A stretch of DNA of 64,000 bases, from contig NC_087436.1 of NCBI RefSeq assembly GCF_036321535.1, positions 114,516,001 to 114,580,000 on the forward strand. Reading direction: 5' to 3'. Positions 60,301 through 64,000 of this stretch are shown here, one piece after another. The position numbers were made by a program, and so were the translations under genes. The stretch's first letter is position 1, and the number at the start of each line of letters is the position of its first letter. The notes beneath the pieces are model-generated. The model made no database searches. It was not told the origin of the DNA and saw only the letters and a list, made by a program, of their open reading frames with translations. Source of the stretch: Camelus dromedarius. Taxonomy: Eukaryota.

Positions 60301-62420
60301 AAAGTTTGGGCTTTTTTGGAGGTAGCATTGTAAATCAGTGGGTTACTAGTAATGCATAGCTATTTTTATCTGAGGCACTAGAATATATATATTAAAGAAA
60401 AAGAAGCCAAGAGCAGCAAACAGTGTTTATATGGAAAGGTATAGATTTTTAAAAATACCCTCTACATATAAATATAAACTTCTCAGGTGGGAGATAGTTG
60501 AATAAATGATTTGAGTCTTGAAGTGATGTAGTCAGAATTTGAAAACATGTAATGAAGATCATGTTCCTAAAGTTATAGGTAGGATAGGATCTAAATATCA
60601 GAACTTAAAGGAAAAAAGCTTCGTATTTCTTGATATGAAGTTAAGTGGTAAGGTTTTTGGCCTTGAAGAAAATGGAATTAAATGCCTTTTATTTAGTGTT
60701 GCCTAAAATCTTACTCTAAAAAGGGTAATATCGTTAAGTACTGTTTTTTCAAGTAAGCAGAGAGTTTAGTGAGTAGAATGAATAGAATACTGCCTGTTTA
60801 TCTAGGGGCTTCTGAAATTATTTAACATACTTGTAGCAATGACTAGTCCTTTTTCACCTATTTAATTTGAGACAGCATTGTAGGAGAATGAATTTTGAAT
60901 ATTGAAAAATTTAGATTTTTAAGAAATTGGGTTTACACAGTTGTTGGATAAGTCTTAGTCTGTGACATTTTGGTTTTTGTATTCATAGAGCTTTAAGAAC
61001 ATTTCGGTCATTACTCTGCGAGTGTTGAAAGTGTGGGTATGTCGGAATGATGCCGGGTGATAAACTTCAGTAGCTCTCATTAATGCTAATGGAAGTTCCT
61101 CATGTAAATCCTCTGCACGTTGGCAGATGGAACAGACCTACATCCGAGTAATGGAAAGATTGTAATACAAACCCAACAAAACTTAGAGTTAAGGGTAAAA
61201 CTTGGCTGGTTAATCCAGTAAGTATCATACTTTCTTTTCAGTTGCAAAGGTGAATGGTGTAACTAACATTCTCCAATTTTAGTGTTTTACATTGGTATGA
61301 AAATTCATGTCTATATAATCCTTTTTTTGTTTGTTTTTGAAGTGAGAACAGTTTTTTAGTGTCTAAGTTTTTGAGTTTTCCTGATTTGCATGTTTTTCAG
61401 AGAGACGTTTTTGGTGTGGGAACTTGTTTTGAAGGTACTAATTGTCTACCTTTGGAGAAAACTGCATAATTTTATTAGGAGAAATAGTTTGAAATGTTAA
61501 ACTACAAAGCATATTGAACTTGGTCTTTAAAGTTTGTGGTTTTGTCACTAATTGCATTGATAATAGAGAATAACTTGTCTCATAAATTTTTTATCAAGTA
61601 AATATTTTGCAAAATGGACAAAAGAATTTTAAAGATTGCCTCTTAGTGTTTTAGAATGCTTTTATAGGGAAGAGATTTGTTACACTATTTTATGAGGGCT
61701 TTGAAGCACACATTAAAACTTGTTTCAGTGGAATGCTTTGAACAGGTTTAAATGCATCATAATATTTAGTGATGTACTGGGTATGTATCCTACATCAGTT
61801 CTGAAGAGGGCTATCAAATATGTTTATATTTTATGGGTTAAATTTGAAAACATGTAATTTTAAAATTATGTTTGCTACTCTATATAGTGGGTAACATTCA
61901 AATTTAAAAATTCATTTGAGTTGAAACTATGGGACCATCTTTGTAGTCTGTTATTAACCTATGAGTTTTAGAACCTATAGAGTTTAGACCTTAGAGCCAA
62001 AATTCATTATGTGCAAAAAGGTAGGTTAGTATATAAAGTTCGCTTTTTAGTTTTAAATTGCTCCTTACTCCACATACAAGTACTTTATTGTTCTATTCTC
62101 TGTTTAGGAAAAATGTTTTTTAACATTTAAGAAGTTTGTGAATTAAAGCTTTCTTTATTTTCTTTTGTTTTGAAGGTGATTATAAATGTAGTCTCATGGA
62201 AATGGGGTAAAGTGTAAACTAAATTCCCCACTATGGTCTCTTTTGACAACAGTATCTCACAGTTCCAAATAGTTGACCATGTGAACGTGCACAATAAAAG
62301 GCAAATTAGGTTCAGAGTGTATTATTGTGATTTAATGTTCTGTGAAACTGTATTTGATTGTTGTATGTTCCTTAACTTTTTTTGTATTCTTATTTTTATA
62401 TTCACTTTTTTATACTCTAG

Positions 62421-62509
62421 GAAACTTGAATGTTACCCTTCAAGTCTGGGACATAGGAGGACAGACAATAGGAGGAAAGATGTTGGATAAATATATCTAT
62501 GGAGCACAG
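62421..62509 (+). CDS. RAB28: RAB28 coding exon 3 (gene continues beyond the window)
   Basis: Long pyrimidine tract, ctag|GA; (G)[29 protein letters not shown] with the G3 motif WDIGGQ; donor CAG|GTATGA; 89 nt, frame consistent with exon 2. Confidence 0.97.
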
Positions 62510-62575
62510 GTATGAAATGAATTCTGTGGTTATTCCAGTACTGTGAACACCCTCCTCACAAACAGAAGCAGTTGC

Positions 62576-62627
62576 ACATAGACACACATACACAGACACA
62601 CACACACACACACACACGCGCGCGCGC
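62576..62627. repeat. Compound (CA)n(CG)5 microsatellite
   Basis: Interrupted CA run, then perfect (CA)10 at 62597-62616 and (CG)5 at 62617-62626. Confidence 0.95.
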
Positions 62628-64000
62628 TCTTTCTACCTTGATTTTTGTCTGATATGTAGAGAGACTAATTTTAGATTTGTGCAGATCTTTTCCTTTTCCT
62701 CCTCCCCCAAAATCACGTTTGGAATGACTTAGGTCAGGGGACTGGGTGACTCTACGAGCCTTCATATGCTACTTATATTACTGATATTATTGTCAGCAGT
62801 TGAATACATGCAGTGACAAATGATATTTTGATTTTTATTAACTGATTTGGTTGTATCGACTACTTACAGAATATGTAAAGTGAATGAAAATACAGTATGG
62901 GAAAATTTTATTTTAAGTTGTAAGGACAAAAAGCATATTTATGTCTATATGTTTTTGTACTATGAATTAGTCTATTAAATATTTATAGTTCTTCAGATTT
63001 AATAGATATATCAATGTATTAGAAAACTAAATATGGCTAATTATATATGAAGCACATATAATATTTTAACATGATAGTCACGTGTGGTGTCTCTTCAGAA
63101 GAAAAATCTATGTGTAAGAAAAACCACTTGAATAATTTTATAACAAAAATTCTTTGGCAACATGAGCTTATATAGACATAATTTATAAGGTTTAAAATAA
63201 AATTATACAAGTAGAAAACATACATGATAGTAATTAACATACTTAAAAATTAATTAATTGACATACTGTTTATTTTTGCTTTTTCTTCCACTTTTAATTA
63301 GTATGTTATCTTTCACATCATCATGAGGTATTGGGGGGATAATATTCCTAACCCTCATTTAGTTCTTTATTGGAATTTGATGTTTTAAGTGGAGGATCGT
63401 AACTTGGTTATGTGGAACAATGTTACTCATAAGAAGTGAGTCTAGAAGATGAAGACAGAGAATAGTGAGCACTCTTCTATATGAAGTTTGATGCTTAACA
63501 AATACCACTGCTCTAATTTTGCATGGAAAATGGATTTTGACTTATTTTCTAAAATATTAAGAGAAGGATGAAGCTTACATGGTTCTTAATCATGTATAAA
63601 GGCCTTTGTGTTTTCTTATTTTGCATTATTGATACATAGATTTGGCTCCTAGAATCCTTCTTTGCTTTGTCTTCTACATTGTTCTTTGTCTTCTGGAAAA
63701 TCTTTCTGCTCATTTAACATTTTCACTTGTGACATATGACTTGATATTTTATGCCTGTTCATTTTTCTCTTAAAAGAAATATCTCAGATTTTTGTGGCTA
63801 GCTTTTTCATTGTTGTTTGTTTCTGTTTTATAAACTGATTATGTTTAAAGTAGATATTAAACTAAAGTAAAATTGCTGGACAGAGACTTGTGGGAAGCTA
63901 CAGTCCTTGTTTCATTCACCTAGTTGGTAAAATGGGATTTGAAGATAGCAATGTCTGTCCTCTTTGCTCCATTAAAATCTATCTTCATGGACACCTATTG

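Overview
Mammalian (eukaryotic) genomic DNA, so most entries in the six-frame ORF track are GC-rich or repeat-derived noise. The window holds the complete two-exon homeobox gene NKX3-2/BAPX1 (+ strand; CDS 1000-1465 + 2934-3460; 330 aa). About 49 kb downstream, on the same strand, are the promoter and first three coding exons of the ciliary small GTPase RAB28 (52567-52641, 57233-57329, 62421-62509; the gene continues past the window). This matches the conserved NKX3-2-RAB28 gene order. Two tRNA-Ala(AGC)-derived SINEs with clean target-site duplications resemble the camelid Vic-1 family, so the genome is probably camel/alpaca/llama (inference). The window has four zones: a GC/CpG-rich zone to ~22.2 kb with several orphan CpG islands and only old MIR/L2/MER5 repeats; an AT-rich, repeat-poor zone (~22.3-29.8 kb) with candidate conserved enhancers; a TE-dense zone (~29.9-51.7 kb: L1, MaLR/ERVL LTRs, MIR, hAT); and the RAB28 CpG island with AT-rich introns. 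I see no new protein-coding system. The most striking under-described signal is a layered control module at the RAB28 5' end. It comprises an RFX X-box, a CRE kept inside a hAT transposon, a TISU/YY1-type ATG opening a 5-codon uORF, a GC hairpin, and a 22-bp C(UUCG)G hairpin whose 3' arm is also a G-quadruplex motif ending 18 nt before the start codon. Repeat family names and cross-species comparisons are from memory, not from searches. Repeat and CpG-island boundaries are approximate.
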